A stretch of DNA of 64,000 nt, taken from positions 289,602,001 to 289,666,000 of the forward strand of contig OZ024740.1 in NCBI GenBank assembly GCA_964016885.1, in the 5' to 3' direction. Made by a program: the position numbers and the translations under genes. Positions 1 to 13,716 of the stretch are shown in pieces (position 1 is the stretch's first letter; each line of letters begins with the position of its first letter). This DNA is from Eledone cirrhosa. Its lineage: Eukaryota. Below the pieces are notes generated by a model. That model ran no database searches and was not told the DNA's origin. It saw only the letters and a list, made by a program, of their open reading frames with translations.

Positions 1-179
1 TTTCGCTTAATGCGGGCCCTAAGGCAGAAAAAGTTAAAATCCTTTTAGCCCATTGCACTTCAAGAAATATAGGTTACGCATGTGTAAAGTTTGAAAAACA
101 TCTGTCGGGTACTTCTCGAGTTTTAGGGATTAACAAAGACAGACAGACTGGCATCCTCTGTTTTTATGTATAGAAAGAT
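1..179 (-). mobile_element. 5' end of a non-autonomous Helitron, truncated by the window edge
   Basis: Minus strand starts with TC, then (TGTC)n. Same family as 13227-15639 and 25076-25705 (shared 'aaagtttgaaaa...ctcgagtttt'). Confidence 0.65.
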
Positions 180-219
180 ATGTACATGCATACAAACACA
201 CACAGTCGCATACACATAC

Positions 220-527
220 TCACACCTGCTTCATGGTCGAGAACTCGGTGACTAAACCAACTCCCCCACCAGACCCTGGGAGGGGAAGTGGAATCCCAGC
301 AGAACAAAAAAAAAAAGAAACAAACAAGAGCTGTAAAAAGAGTGGATGGACTCCTCAGAGTCAACGGCCATCGATGGGTTAAATAGCCTCACCAACACGT
401 AGTTGGTCAAGCGTGGTCAGCACGGCTACACCCTTGACATGACTAAAACTAATTAGAAAGCGGTGGAGGTCAACCAGAGAGGAGTTCCTCCATCATGAGT
501 GAGAAGGTTCTGAATTGGATTGGATAA
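220..527 (+). mobile_element. Non-autonomous RTE-derived element (5' UTR-like)
   Basis: Shares 'acctg..catggtcg..gactaaac' and 'gagtcaayggccatc' with the elements at 47190 and 48260; ends in (TGGAT)n. Confidence 0.45.
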
Positions 528-960
528 ACATATATATTATTACAAGTAATGCATACCTTTCTTAGACACTGATCAGTTACTTATCGATTAGACAAAGTCC
601 TGCGTTGGAGTCGATTACAATAAGCTAACATATTTTCAAAATTCAAATTCACCGAACACTTCGTAAATTTGATTGCTCTTTTTTTTTTTATATCTACAGG
701 CCGAAAGATAAAGTTTTATTGTAATGGTAGCGCAGTCACTCGGTTTACGGGTATGTTACTGTTCCCTTTTTCCGTGTGTGTGTGTGTGTGTGTATGAATT
801 ATGAATTTTGAATGTATTTTAGCTTAATGTTAACAGCTTCAACCCAGGTTTTCAACTATGAGAAATAGACGAACAAGTTAGACAAACTTCAAAATCTGCG
901 AACAAAGGCATCCCAGTCTCTATTCCTCCATTGTCTACTACATTATCTTGTGTAGTCACA

Positions 961-1148
961 GGGCGGTGGATTGGCAGTATCGGTAGAGGGTCGGACGCCA
1001 TGCTTTCCAGCATAGTTACGTCCCTTTACGATCTGAGTTCAAATCCCGCCGAGGTTGACTTTGCCTTTCATCCTTAAGGGTCGATAAAATAAAGTACCAG
1101 TAATGTACTGGATAATTGCTGGCCTTGTGCCTAAAGTAGAAACAATTA
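961..1148 (+). mobile_element. tRNA-derived SINE, family 1, full length with TSD
   Basis: A-box-like TGGCAGTATCGG, B-box GAGTTCAAATCC, central GCCTTTCATCC..GGGTCGATAAAATAAAGTACCAG. 17-bp TSD attatcttgtgyagtca at 942-958 and 1145-1161. Confidence 0.9.
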
Positions 1149-1319
1149 TCTTGTGCAGTCAACAGTATTTAGTCTCCTTATTTTATAACAATTAGGATGT
1201 GATTTGAAGATTTAACTGCAATTTATGGAAAATTTAGCGGCCAAATAGAATCTAACTCCTTAGGTTGTTTTCTTTAATTTATAGAATCGATGGAGCAGTG
1301 TGCTTTTCAACAGGTCTTC

Positions 1320-1446
1320 TGTCATGTAGCATGGACATAAATGGCAGAAGACCTGCTGGAAGGCACAGAAAGCTCAGAACTGTCAAGAAAGGGTTGACAC
1401 AAGAAAAGGATAGCTGGAGAGAGCGTATCAATTTACAAAGGCAACG
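1320..1446 (+). pseudogene. Degenerate 3' end of an RTE-like LINE
   Basis: Translates GRRPAGRHRK...TQEKDSWRER, similar to the RTE C-terminal GRRPRGRPRK..QDRxxWR; runs directly into a (TGA)n tail. Confidence 0.45.
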
Positions 1447-1689
1447 TTGATGATGATCATCATGATGATGATGATCATGATGACGATGAGGATGGTGATG
1501 ATGATGATGGTGAGGATGATGGTGATGATGATGATGATTATATTGATGATGGTGATGATGATGATGGTGATGATGATGATAATGATGAAGATGATGATGG
1601 TGATGATGATGATGATGGTGATGATGATGGTGATGATGATGATGGTGATGATGATGGTGGTGATGATGATGATAATGATGAAGATGATG

Positions 1690-1740
<51 letters not shown>

Positions 1741-1932
1741 GTGATGATGATGGTGATGATGATGATGGTGATGATGATGATAATGATGAAGATGATGATG
1801 ATGATGATGATGATGGTGATGATGCTGATGATGATGATGAATATGATGATGATGATGATGATGATGGTGGTGATGATGATGGTGAAGGTGATGATGATGA
1901 TGATGGTGATGATGCTGATGATGATGATGAAT

Positions 1933-1965
<33 letters not shown>

Positions 1966-2017
1966 GTGATGAGGATGATAATGATTATATTGATGATGAT
2001 GATGCTGATGATTATAT

Positions 2018-2058
<41 letters not shown>
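1447..2058. repeat. Compound (GAT)n microsatellite, about 610 bp
   Basis: Direct reading; explains the poly-Met and poly-Ile ORFs. Confidence 0.98.
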
Positions 2059-2062
<4 letters not shown>

Positions 2063-2749
2063 AGTGCAAAAATATTCCCTGTAATATTTAATTACACCTC
2101 CATATGTTATTAGTTCATATTCTCTGATGGCCGTCTTTGCTTATTCTTTTATTCTCCCGGACTCAATGAAATAAATAGCAGCTATATACTATGTCCTTGT
2201 GGTTATGTTAGAAATCATCATTTAAGGGAACAAATAAACAAATAACAAACAAAAACAAAATCAAAAACCAAAAGAAGAACAAAAAACAAAGAAGAGGTGG
2301 GGCAACCCCAAGTTGATGACGGAAGAGAAAATATGACTAGGATGCAGTTCCAATAGTATACTGCGAACTGTATTGTTTGATACTTTAGTTTCTGTGGCTG
2401 GTAGTCTCCCGACATCATATGCAGGTACATAGTTCTTTTCTGAACCTAAGATTTACAGAAGCAACCGAGTGCAGCTTTAATTTCGGAAAAACTGATTGCT
2501 GTTTACACTCGTGTATAAATCCCACCGCTAGATAAACTGCTCCTCCATTTTACACATGGAATTTACAATGTAGCATATATTTTGAATATGTCGCATATTG
2601 GTTTTTCACGTAGTTTTGTAGGAAGCTGTATATTAACTTACTCTCTTATATACACATACATATATGCACGTGTGTGTTTGTATGTGTGTATGTGTGAGTG
2701 TGTGTGTGCATGTATGTGTGTGAGTGTGTGTGTTTTATGTAAAACATTA

Positions 2750-3085
2750 ACAGAAAAAAAGCATGGGATACATAAAAGTGCCGTTGGATCGCCATCGTTT
2801 TCGACAACGTATATTTTAGTTGTTTGATTACAGAACATATTGCTTAGTAAATTAAGGTGCAAGTGACTGAGCATTCCACAGACACGTGTACATTTTACGT
2901 AGTTGGTGACAGTGTGTGATAATGTTGGCCCTTTGAATTACAGATACAACTCGTTTTTGTTAGCTGAGAAAACTGGAGCAACTTGAAATAATGTATCTTG
3001 CTCAAAGACAGAATGTGCCGTTGGATATCGAACTCACGATCCTAGGATCATGCGCCGAACACCATATCCACTAAGCCATGCACCT
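2750..3085 (-). mobile_element. tRNA-derived SINE, family 2 (CORE-like)
   Basis: Minus strand has TGGCTTAGTGG and GAGTTCGATATCC boxes, then CORE-like TTGAGCAAGATACATT..TTGCTCCAG. Other copies near 55430-55780, 57600-57745 and 58740-58870. Confidence 0.75.
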
Positions 3086-3358
3086 AGCATATATAATTTA
3101 TTTTTACCAAGTTAACAGTATCATCAAAGTTTCTCCTGTGGTTTGGTCAGCTGAATATCGAGGCCTGACACAAATTACGTGACTTTGTTCACATAACAAA
3201 CTGCAAATAACCGTCGGCATTGTTTTCAATCTACCAAATTAGATAAACATATGAGTACTGTCTATTTCGTTCGTTATTACTATTGGCGTGTATGTATGTA
3301 TGTATGTATGTATGTATGTATGTATGTATGTATGTATGTATGTATGTATGTATGTATG

Positions 3359-5201
3359 TTCTGATTTTATAATTTCACAAATGTTTGCCAATAGAAAGAG
3401 AGAGTCGGTTTCTAACATAGACACAAGACTCTCTCATTGGAATTTACACAACACCAACTAGGTAGATATGTCTGCATGTCTGCATGCATGTGTGTGTAGG
3501 TATGAATGTTATTTATTGTATGTGTGGATGTGTATATTTTGGGTCGTATGTGTGCATGTGCATACGCTTTGTATCTGTACATGTGTATATGCAGTTATTA
3601 GATGCAAAACTTTTGGAATATTTTACATATTTTTATTGTTCTATTAATGGATATCCCAGTGCCCCAATAATCACAGGCATAAATCTGAAGGCAAAGTCAG
3701 GGTGGAGAATCTGCAGATTTCTAATTAGTTCTGCATACATATTCTCCTTCTCGCTAATCTTTGATATTATATTGGCATTTGCTGGGCAGCTAACTTCCAC
3801 TACTGTGCATGCCTTCTTTTTCCTGTCCCATATTATTATATTTGGTCTGTTATGTCTGCATTTTATTGGGGTTTTTACTGGAACATTCCACCAGTACTAT
3901 TTCATGTTATGTATATGTATGTCTTCCACATTGCTGCAGCTTTTAATGTGTTTATTATCGGGCTATCATCTACGGATAGCATTGTACAGTGTTTTGGCCA
4001 TTACATCCTCATAGGTAGATAGTACCGCGATGACATCTTTGGACAGCTTTTTATGACATGGGTGACATCTTCGATGTTAACTCTGCAGACTCTGCACTTG
4101 TTATCACATCTAGGTGTTTTGCTTGCATTCCTATCTCTTTTCTGAAACAGGTATTCTGTGTTGATTTCCTGTTCTTGGATTGCAAAAGCGTATCCTTCAA
4201 AGTGGGAGCCAATATAGCGGTTGTTGGTCCAAGATAGACTACTTTGTTTGTCTATATTACTGTCACTCTGAAGCTTCCTCGCAACATATCCATGCATGAT
4301 TTTTTTCTGATAAGCATGCAGTTTTTCTTCCATGGATTCACTGCGGTACTGCTGAGCGACTTACCTGGGTCTGAGTTTTTCATTATCACACAGGGATTAT
4401 CTTTCAAGGAGTTCCTTCTCAACTCTTATGATCTTATCTGTTTCATGCAGATAGACTTGCTCGAGAGACGGGCTCCCACGGTTCGAGGTTCGTAGATGTT
4501 GTCGGAGGGATATGATGCGACATTCAAATGCTGTCTGGACTGATGTTAGGGCTCTGCCTCCCTGCTTACGTTTCAAGTAAAGGCGGTCTATGTCTGTTAA
4601 TGTGGAAGTTTCCGGTGTTGTCTAGTATTTTTTGAGTCCTAATATCAATTGCTCGGATTTCGTCTATCGTCCAATTGAGTATTCCAAACGTTGGTGTTAG
4701 GACAGGCACAGCAAACACATTGTGAGCCACTGTTTTATTGTGCGCAGAAAGTTCCGATGACCAGATCTTTCTTAATCGGGTGTAATATTCCCTGGTTACG
4801 CGTTCCTTATTACAGATACGATTATAGGATATGTTCTCATCTATCCCCCGATATCTGTAGCAGTCCTCATCAGATATCGGTGAAACAGTTAGGCCATTGA
4901 TGACAATGTTGGTAGGTAAATTGGGTGCCTCTTTTTCCCGCTTTACAGTCATATATGAACATTTATCTTGGCCAAACTCCATTCCTATATCCTTTGAGAA
5001 TGTTGTAACCAGGTCAAAAGTTTTCTTCATCCCATCTATGTTCTTGGCAGAGAGTTTCAGATCATCCACGAAGGAATTATGGGTTAGGTTCGTATTTCTG
5101 TCCTCCCGTGAGCCAATAATGTATGCTTCACATTTCTTGAGCAGAAAGGATAAGGGGGCTTATTGATAGGATAAATAAAATCACAGAGAGACTGTCTCCT
5201 T
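3359..5201 (-). mobile_element. R4/Dong-type RLE non-LTR retrotransposon, 5'-truncated copy (family 1)
   Basis: QGDSLS, FVDDLKL, CCHC knuckle CRVCRVNIEDVTHVIKSC, RLE region and 3' UTR; frameshifted; (TATG)n on both sides. Confidence 0.9.
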
Positions 5202-5298
5202 GTATGTATGTATGTATGTATGTATGTATGTATGTATGTATGTATGTATGTATGTATGTATGCGTGTATGTATGCATGTATGTATGTATGTATGTATG

Positions 5299-5609
5299 TT
5301 CTTCTGGTTTCATAATTTCACAAATTTTTGCTACTAGAGAGTCGGTGTCTAACATAGTTACAAGACTTTCTCATTGGAATTTACACAACATCAACTAGGT
5401 AGATATGTATGCATGTCTGCATGTATTTCTGCAGGTATGGATGTTATTGTATGTGTGGATGTGTATGCTTTGAGTTACATGTTTCCATGTGCATATGCTT
5501 AGTATCTGTACATGTGTAATGCAGTTATTAAACCCAGAATTTTTGGAATGTTTTACATATTTTTACTGTTCTACTATTGGATTGTACTTGTAATTTCCTA
5601 ACTAGTCGT
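5299..5609 (-). mobile_element. R4/Dong family 1, short 3' fragment
   Basis: LVRKLQVQS..VKICKTFQKF plus the same 3' UTR; between (TATG)n tracts. Confidence 0.85.
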
Positions 5610-5618
5610 GTATGTATG

Positions 5619-6864
5619 TTATCTCTTTCTCTTAATTTCGAGTATATTTTTTTTGACCGGCCACCTTCCTGGTGGCAAGGTTGTAAAAGAAAAGAAATTG
5701 CCATCCCTTGAATCGCAAGAATGTTTTGCAAATTTTGAAGGTGCCAGCTATCGCAGCCATTTGTAGACTATGAATTAGGGAGCTGCGCTCTTTGTCCGCA
5801 AATCCAAGTTTATTCATACTTTGGTCCAAACGGATTGGTATATAACCCGTAGCTCCAAAAATGATGGGTATGAAGCTAAAGGTGTATCTTGGATACTGGA
5901 TTTGTAAACTCCTCATGAATGGTCCGTAGATGTCCTCCTTCTCCTGTATTTTTCTGACAACGTTTACATCAAGTGGGCAGCTGATCTCCACAACAGAACA
6001 CGTTTTCAATGTGTGGTCCCAAACAACAATATCAGCCCGGTTGTGGTTTAATTTGATGGCAGTTTTTATTTTCAGGTTCCACCAGTATTCCTTACTGCCA
6101 TCTGTCTCAATATATTCTTCCTCGTTTGTTGTTAATTTTGTTTTCCGAAGTGCGTTCCAGATGGTTCTAGCTATCCCATCGTGTCTCATGGGGAGGTAGC
6201 AGCGAGATGACATTCTTTCGCAGCTGGCAACAATGTGGCTTACATCCTCGATCTTTGTTTTACATAGCCTACATTTATTGTCAGCTGCTGGCCCTCGCCT
6301 TTTGTGCAGCAGATATTTGGTAGGGAGTTCTTGTTCCTGTATTGCATAGAGATATCCCTCAAGGTGTGATGTCATAAACTTGTCGGAACTCCATGCCAGG
6401 CTTTTTGAGTGGTTTATCCCCTCTATGGTCTGTGTTTTACGTCTCAAGTATCCATGCACAACTTTTTCTGTAAATTGGTCAATTTTTTCATCTTGTTTGA
6501 ACATTGAATAGGATCTTCCGATTTCTCTGGGTGAGAGATTTATATCAGGCTTTATTCCATATCTCTCCAACAGATCAGTCGCTATTCTAATGATATTTTT
6601 TTTTCATGCTCATAAACCTGAGCAAGATAGTTGCCAACCTTTTTCCTCTGTTGAAGATGTTGCTTCAGTGTTACTATCCGGGTCTCATATGTTGTTAATA
6701 TGGATTTTAGACCCCGGCCACCTTCCTTGCGTGAGAAGTATAGCCTATCCACATCACCATTGATGTTAAAGTTCCCAGTAACACTGAGAAGTTTGCGAGT
6801 TCTAACATCCATCTCACTTAGTTCTTGCAATGACCAGTTCAGCAGGCCAAATGTTGACGTTAGA

Positions 6865-6865
<1 letters not shown>
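5619..6865 (-). mobile_element. R4/Dong-type RLE element, divergent family 2, 5'-truncated
   Basis: ORFs 6582-6830 (LYFSRKEGGRGL) and 5632-6570 (CRLCKTKIEDVSHIVASC, RHD, RADIVVWD..VVEISCP..KEDIY); different 3' UTR; GTATGTATG at its 3' junction. Confidence 0.88.
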
Positions 6866-6895
<30 letters not shown>

Positions 6896-6949
6896 TGTAT
6901 GTATGTATGTATGTATGTATGTATGTATGTATGTATGTATGTATGTATG

Positions 6950-9900
6950 TTCTTCTGGTTTTATAATTTCACAAAGTTTTACCAATAGAGAGAGAGTCGG
7001 TTTCTAACATAGACACAAGACTCTCTCATTGGAATTTACACAGCATCAACTAGGTAGATATGTATGTATGCATGCATATGTAGATATGGATGTTATTGTA
7101 TGTGTGGATGTGGATGTTTTGAGTTGTATGTGTGCATGTGTATATGCTTTGTATCTGTACTTGTGTATATACAGTTATTAGATGCAAAATTTTTGGAATG
7201 TTTTACATATTTTTACTGTTCCATTAATGGATTGTACTTGCAGTTTCCTAACTAGTTGTGTTCTTTCTGTTCCTGCGAAGCCTAGCTTCTCAAAATTTGT
7301 ATTGAGGCAGTTACTAACATATCCCAGTGCCCCAATAATCACAGGCATAAATCTGAAAGTGTAATCAGGGTGGAGTATCTGCAGATTTCTCTTCAGTTCT
7401 GCATAAATATTCTCCTTTTCACTAATCTTTGATATTATATTGGCATCTGCTGGGCAGCTAATTTCCACTACTGTGCATGTTTTCTTCTCCCTGTCCCATA
7501 TCATAATAACTGGTCTGTTATGCCTGCATTTTATTGGGGTTTTTACTGGAACATTTCACCAGTACTCTTTCATATTATGTACATGGATGTCTTCCACATT
7601 GTTGTAGCTGTTAATGTGTTTATTATCGGGGCTATCTTTTTTACGAACTGCATTGTACAGTGTTTTGGCCACTACATCATGCCTCATAGGTAGATAGTAC
7701 CGCGATGACATCTTTGGACAGCTGCTGATGACATGGGTGATATCCTCGATGTTAGTTCTACCGTGACTGCACTTGTTATCACATCTAGGTGTTTTGCCTG
7801 CATCCCTATCTCTTTTGTGAATCAGGTATTTCGTGCTAATCTCCTGTTCTTGGATTGCAAAAGCATATCCTTCAAAGTGGGAGCCAATATAGCGGTTGTT
7901 GGTCCAAGATAGACTACTTTCCTTATCTATATTAATCTCACTCTGGAGCTTCCTGGCAACATATCCATGATCTTATCTGTTTCATGCAGATAGACTTGCT
8001 CGAGAAGCGGGCTCCCACGCTTCGAGGTTCGTAGATGTTGTCGGAAAGATATGATGCGACATTCAAATGTTGTCTGGACTGATGTTAGGCCTCTGTCTCC
8101 CTGCTTACGTTTCAAGTAAAGGCGTTCTATGTCACTGTTGATGTGGAAGTTTCCGGTGTTGTTCAGTATTTTTCGAGTTCCAACATCAACTGCTCGGATT
8201 TCGTCTATCGTCCAATTGAGTATTCCAAACGTTGGTGTTAGGACAGGCACAGCAAACACATTGTGAGCCACTGTTTTGTTTTTCACAGAGAGTTCCGATG
8301 ACCAGATCTTTCTTAATCGGGTGTAGTATTCCCTGGTTACGCGTTCTTTATTACAGATACCATTATAGGATATGTTCTCATCTATCCCCAGGTATCTGTA
8401 GCAGTCCTCATCTGATATCGGTGAAACAGTTAGGCCATTGATGACAATGTTGCTAGATTGGGTTGTTGTTTTTCCCCGCTTTACAGTCATGTATGAGCAT
8501 TTATCTTGGCCAAACTCCATTCCTATATCCTTTGAGAACGTTGTAACCAGGTCAAGATTTTTCTTCATCCCATTCATGTTCTTGGCATAGAGTTTCAGAT
8601 CGTCCACAAAGAAGTTATGGGTTAGGTTCGTATTTCTGTCCTCCTGTGAGCCAATGATGTATCCCTCACATTTCTTGAGCAGAAAGGACAAGGGGTTTAA
8701 TGACAAGATGAACAATATCACAGAGAGACTGTCCCCCTGAAATATACCCCTGCAATATTTTTATTTTATCACTGAAAATAGAGTCCTCCCTCTCTGTCTT
8801 TAACCTTAGGATAGTAGCCCAAGAAGAAGACAGCTTCTCTATGGCTCTGACAATAATGTCTGGGACTTTAGCAAGTTTGAGGACCTCTATCATCCAAGAG
8901 TGGGGAACAGAATTGAAAGCTTTCTTGTAGTCCAGCCAGACTGTAGTCATATTCCTCCTAAGTTGTCGCACCTCCGACATCGCAGTTTTGTTGATTAGGA
9001 GTTGTTGAGCACATCCCCAAAACCTTTTCTATCCAGCTGCTTGTTCATCTGTGATGATGTTATTATTTTCACAGTGATCTTGGAGGAATAGGTTCAGGCA
9101 GGCTGTATACATCTTATACATCAGGTTCTGGCATGCAATGGGTCGGTAGTTTTTTGCCAAGTGGGTGTCTTTGTTCTTGGGGACCAGTAACGTTTGTGTT
9201 AATGTCAACCATTCTGGTATAAGTGTATCTCCCTTAAGAACTTGTTGGTAGAGGTCAGTAAGATACCTCCGATAGAATATTAGTTTTTTGTACCAGTAGC
9301 CGACAATCATGTCTCTTCCTGGTGTTTTCTTATCTTGGAGTTTTCCTATCACAGTCTCAAGGGTACCCTCACTTATTTCGTATGTTTTTGTTGTAGTGCA
9401 ATAGTTCTTTCGGATTTCTCTTAGCCACACTGTATCTTGGTTGAAATTCTTCTTTTCACCCCATATTTTGCTCCAAAAGGAATCTGTCTTTCTGGGATGG
9501 GGCCTCAGTGACACTTATTATTTTGCCCTTCATATCTCTATATACTGATGTTTGGTTTCGTCTGAATCTTTTATTAAGCATTTTTCTCTCATCTACCTTC
9601 TTCAAGTATCGGCGTTTTTCGCTAACAGCTCTCAATTCTTGTTTGAGGGTGATCAGCTTATATTGGAGAGTTCTGGTTCTACTGTTACCAAACATCGTCT
9701 CTATTTTATTTTTCACTCTTTGTTGGTGAGGAGTGAGGTTTTTTGTGTTTGTTTGCATGTAAGGAGCATTGTCACATGTCCTATGTTTTTTCGTAAGTCA
9801 GCACTCTTTTTTTCTATTTTAGTTATATATGATGGTATTTTTGGTGGTGTTTTGTTCTTGTTAATATCTCTGCTATCACCAAGATAAGGCTTCACTGTCA

Positions 9901-10926
9901 TTGCTAAGGCATATAAACAGGCGTTGATTTGCCAAAATCTTGGGGTTTTTATCCGTCGTAAATATTCATCCCCTATTTCGTCAATAACACGTAGTATTTC
10001 ATTATTTGGTTTTTATTCACCATTGTCAATTTTAACACTTTCAGCCAGAGAGATATTTATACATGAGTTAATTTCTCTCTGAAGATTTCGTTGAGGAAAA
10101 TTTTCAATTGTTTATAATTTTGATTATCATTATCGATAGTATTTTTCACAACAGTCGAGGTAGACTCGGATGGTATACGTGGTGTCACATTTATTCGATT
10201 TTTATTATTATTTCTTCGATTATTATTATTATCGATAGTGTTTTCCCCAGCACTCGAGACTTAGATGGTACAGGTGGTGTCAAGTTTCTTACAAGCATAG
10301 TTGTTTCAAGGCGCTGTTCGACCTGGCTGCTAGGAAGTCTAGTAGCATGGCGATCTGTAGCACGTGTTGTTGATAACATGTTTATTGTGGGGGACTTACA
10401 ATTAATAATATTTATCTTATTTTTACGTTCAACAAACGTCGCTTGTTGGCGTAATTGTTTCGCTGTGAAATAATTTAGCTCTGGGTACATTTCGTCCCAG
10501 TGTAGCTTCATTCTATTCATATAGCCAATGGAGGGATTGTTTTTTGCCATTTTATAACAATTAAATAAATCATTATTAAGTTCGCAACTCCAAGAGAAAT
10601 GCGATTTATAATTTCGGTTTCTTCTGTAGCTACAACTGAATAAAGTTTGATTACCTTCTTTGTTATTTGTCTTCGATACTTCCTTAATTTTGTTGTTGAT
10701 GTTGTGTTCAGCCATGCTGTTTTTAGCAAATCCTTGTAAAATGAATTATGTATTTAGTCGGATATCTCTACGAATTCGAATAAAAGGTGTTTTCAGAAGG
10801 GATAGTTAAAAGAATAACCAGTTATTCAACCTGGCTGTAGTTGTGGCATTACTGTCGGAGATAGTATTCATCTTAAATTTAATAAATAGTCTCCCACGCC
10901 AAAATATGCGACTGATCGCGTTGACT
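6950..10926 (-). mobile_element. Near full-length R4/Dong-type RLE element (family 1), frameshifted
   Basis: N-terminal motif WSCELNNDLFNCY..GYMNRMKLHW (10191-10715); RT motifs PGRD, NYRPIAC, LDYKKAFNSVPHSW, QGDSLS, FVDDLKLY; C-terminal RLE ending at 7178; (TATG)n on both sides. Confidence 0.93.
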
Positions 10927-10987
10927 GTATGTATGTATGTATGTATGTATGTATGTATGTATGTATGTATGTATGTATGTATGTATG

Positions 10988-11018
<31 letters not shown>

Positions 11019-11879
11019 TAAGGAATCTAAAACACAAAAGCATATGCAGAACAAAGCAATCAGTCAGAAATTAGAAGAAGCTCTGTCAATTTACTATGGA
11101 CGCATATAGAACATCAAAGAAGCAAAACAATAACATTAACATCCACAGCCAGAAATGAAAATAATATAAATATAGACCAATGAAAAAATAAAGCAAAACA
11201 CAACAGAAAAAACAAACAATAGCAACAACAAAAACGTAAACTATTTCAAGGTACCCAGTTACCATGGAACGCCACACCCTGATAATTATGAGAGTTTTAA
11301 GGAAGAGGATGACAAAGAAATGTGTAGAATTTCACAGAATTTCTTAGAATATCGTAGAATCCCCGTGGTTTACAAGGGAGAACAGTCTGTTCTTTATGTG
11401 TTGATATTCAGTCTGTAACTGAAATTCCCAAACAGGTATCTGTTTAACTGGCTTCGTATGAATCGAGGAAGAATCTGCCTTCTTTTACTACTAGCACTAT
11501 ATGTGTTATGCATTCACATATTATTTCAACTGCCTGCTAACATCAGCCTATGGCTTTATTTAAGCTGTACTTAAAATAACAACAAACGGTGTTTTGTTGA
11601 ACTGTTGTTTATTGCGTGACAAATATCTATAAAGTTTAAGGAGGAACGATCGGTCCTTAAAAGTCCAGGTCTTGTTAGTCGCTTTCCCGGAAGTCCCTTC
11701 ACTGCCGAACAGTTCAATAATCGTTCTGCAGCAAAGTCCCTTCGGTCAACACTTCGCCTTTACAAGCTTGCGGGAATGCTCCACATTCCCACACTGGTAC
11801 TACCACAACCAATGACATTCTTCCTAATTAGCCCCATCAACGTGAATATCTTCTTCATCGTTGTCGTCATGATCAATAC

Positions 11880-11932
<53 letters not shown>

Positions 11933-12289
11933 CATCCATCACTATTGCACTCGTTCCCGCAGGAACGTACATTCACTAATATGTGTATGTATATACTTAT
12001 ATGCATGTACACATGTATGTATGTATGTATGTATGTATGTATGTATGTATTAATGTATGTATGTATGTAAATACGCATGTATGTCTGTATGTGTTTGTGC
12101 ATGTGTGTGTATGTGCGTGTGTGTGTGTGTGCGTGCGTGTGCGTGTGTGTGTGTGTGTATGTGTGTGTGTGTGTGTGTTTGTGCATGTGTGTGTGTGTGC
12201 GTGTGTGTGTGTGTGTGCGTGTGCGTGTGTGTGTGCGTGTGTGTGTGTGTGTGTGTATGTGTGTGTGTGTGTAGACGTTATTGTATGAG

Positions 12290-12410
12290 TGGATCTGCTT
12301 GTTCAGATTTATATATGTGTATACGTACAAATGTTTCTGTGTCTATACATGTGTATATACATGTCACTACATATGCAGAATTTCTGAAATGTTTCACATA
12401 TTTTTAGGTA
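12290..12410 (-). mobile_element. Degenerate R4/Dong 3' fragment
   Basis: Minus strand KICETFQKFCI followed by a 3' UTR-like stretch. Confidence 0.55.
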
Positions 12411-13166
12411 TGTATGTAAGTACGTATTTCTCTACATATAAAAGGTGGCCTATTGGTAAAGTCATTACAGTGGCAGATAAAATGCATTGTAGTATTCGTT
12501 ATGTTTCACTTTGTTGTGAGTTCAAATTTCTACGAGTCAACCTTCCCTTTTATCATTCCGGTGTCGATAAATAAAGTACCAGTCGATGGAAGCCGACCGG
12601 CTGGATTGTTGGAACTTTGGACGAGATGCCCTGCGAGATTTGTTCTCGCCCATTGCTGCGTTCTGATTTCATATTCAGCCTAGGTGCAAATTGTCAGGTG
12701 TAATAATCTGATTACGGAAGCACTCTGTCCCAACCGCACTTTGGCCGGCTTGGACAGGTAGATACAGGTAGATACAGCTCCAAAATACCAGTTACAGAAG
12801 TTCATCACCAATGGATCTAAAACACACAATCACACACACACACAATCACCCCCCCCACACACACAATCACACACACACATGCACGCACACACACACACAC
12901 AAATACGAGGGTCAGCTGAACAGTCCATTGGCTGAAAAGTTCATAGGCTGACCATGAATGACCAAATGAGGCTTAATTTTAGTATAGTCCCTGAGAAAGA
13001 AGAGTTGAAATGAATGCATGCAAGATTTTACGGCTCTAGTATCAGTCATTTATAACCAGCCAATGAACCTTTCAGTCTACCCTCGCATATACGCTCCGTA
13101 TTGTTGGTTGCAAGAACGAGTACTCAACACTATAGTAGAAATTAATAGTTTCGTTAAGGTCGAGTC

Positions 13167-13215
13167 ATTGCTACGCCGGAGTTTCTCGTGCATGTTTACT
13201 GGGTCGTCAGGCAGT
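13167..13215 (-). ncRNA. Minimal type I hammerhead motif, degenerate
   Basis: ACTGC-CTGACGA-C..A-GAAA-CTCCGGCG-TA-GCAAT; stem II pairs weakly. Confidence 0.6.
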
Positions 13216-13376
13216 TTATATATCTACTAGCAGAATGGCGCGGCGTTGCTCGGGATTTGCTCTAGGGTTCTTATATATTTGATATATATTTATCGTTATC
13301 GTGCCTCGTTAAATAAATATGTTTGTTTATATTTTGTTATTGTGTATGCAAAAATATCTGTACACGAATATATAAT

Positions 13377-13467
<91 letters not shown>

Positions 13468-13633
13468 AATTTATATCTAGTAACATTTATATACACACAG
13501 ATGCATATCAATGCTAGCAAATATATAGGTTTTGTCTTAATAACAGTGTGGTTCAATGCATGGGGTTGCAGAACAATAATATGAGAGACGTAAAATAAGA
13601 AAATTATAAAATTAACTTACTTACTAAAAAATC

Positions 13634-13716
13634 ACTTCCAACTAATTAGTTTCTGGAATGGAGTAAATATATTTTCCGAAGAAATTTATAGAAAATCATT
13701 CCGTCATCAGGAAAGT
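13634..13716 (-). ncRNA. Type I hammerhead ribozyme
   Basis: Reverse complement of the motif at 14032-14114. Confidence 0.8.

Noticed and set aside
961-1050. tRNA gene
   Set aside because: A and B boxes belong to a SINE head with TSD and many copies; no complete cloverleaf.
1428-2091. Poly-Ile and poly-Met ORFs
   Set aside because: Stop-free frames of a (GAT)n microsatellite.
3289-11016. CRISPR-like repeat/spacer pattern
   Set aside because: Repeats are variable-length microsatellites and the spacers are retrotransposon copies; eukaryotic context with no cas genes.
12904-12990. Complete mariner MITE (TACGAGGGTCAGCTGAA, also near 44258)
   Set aside because: Only one terminus found; no matching TIR.
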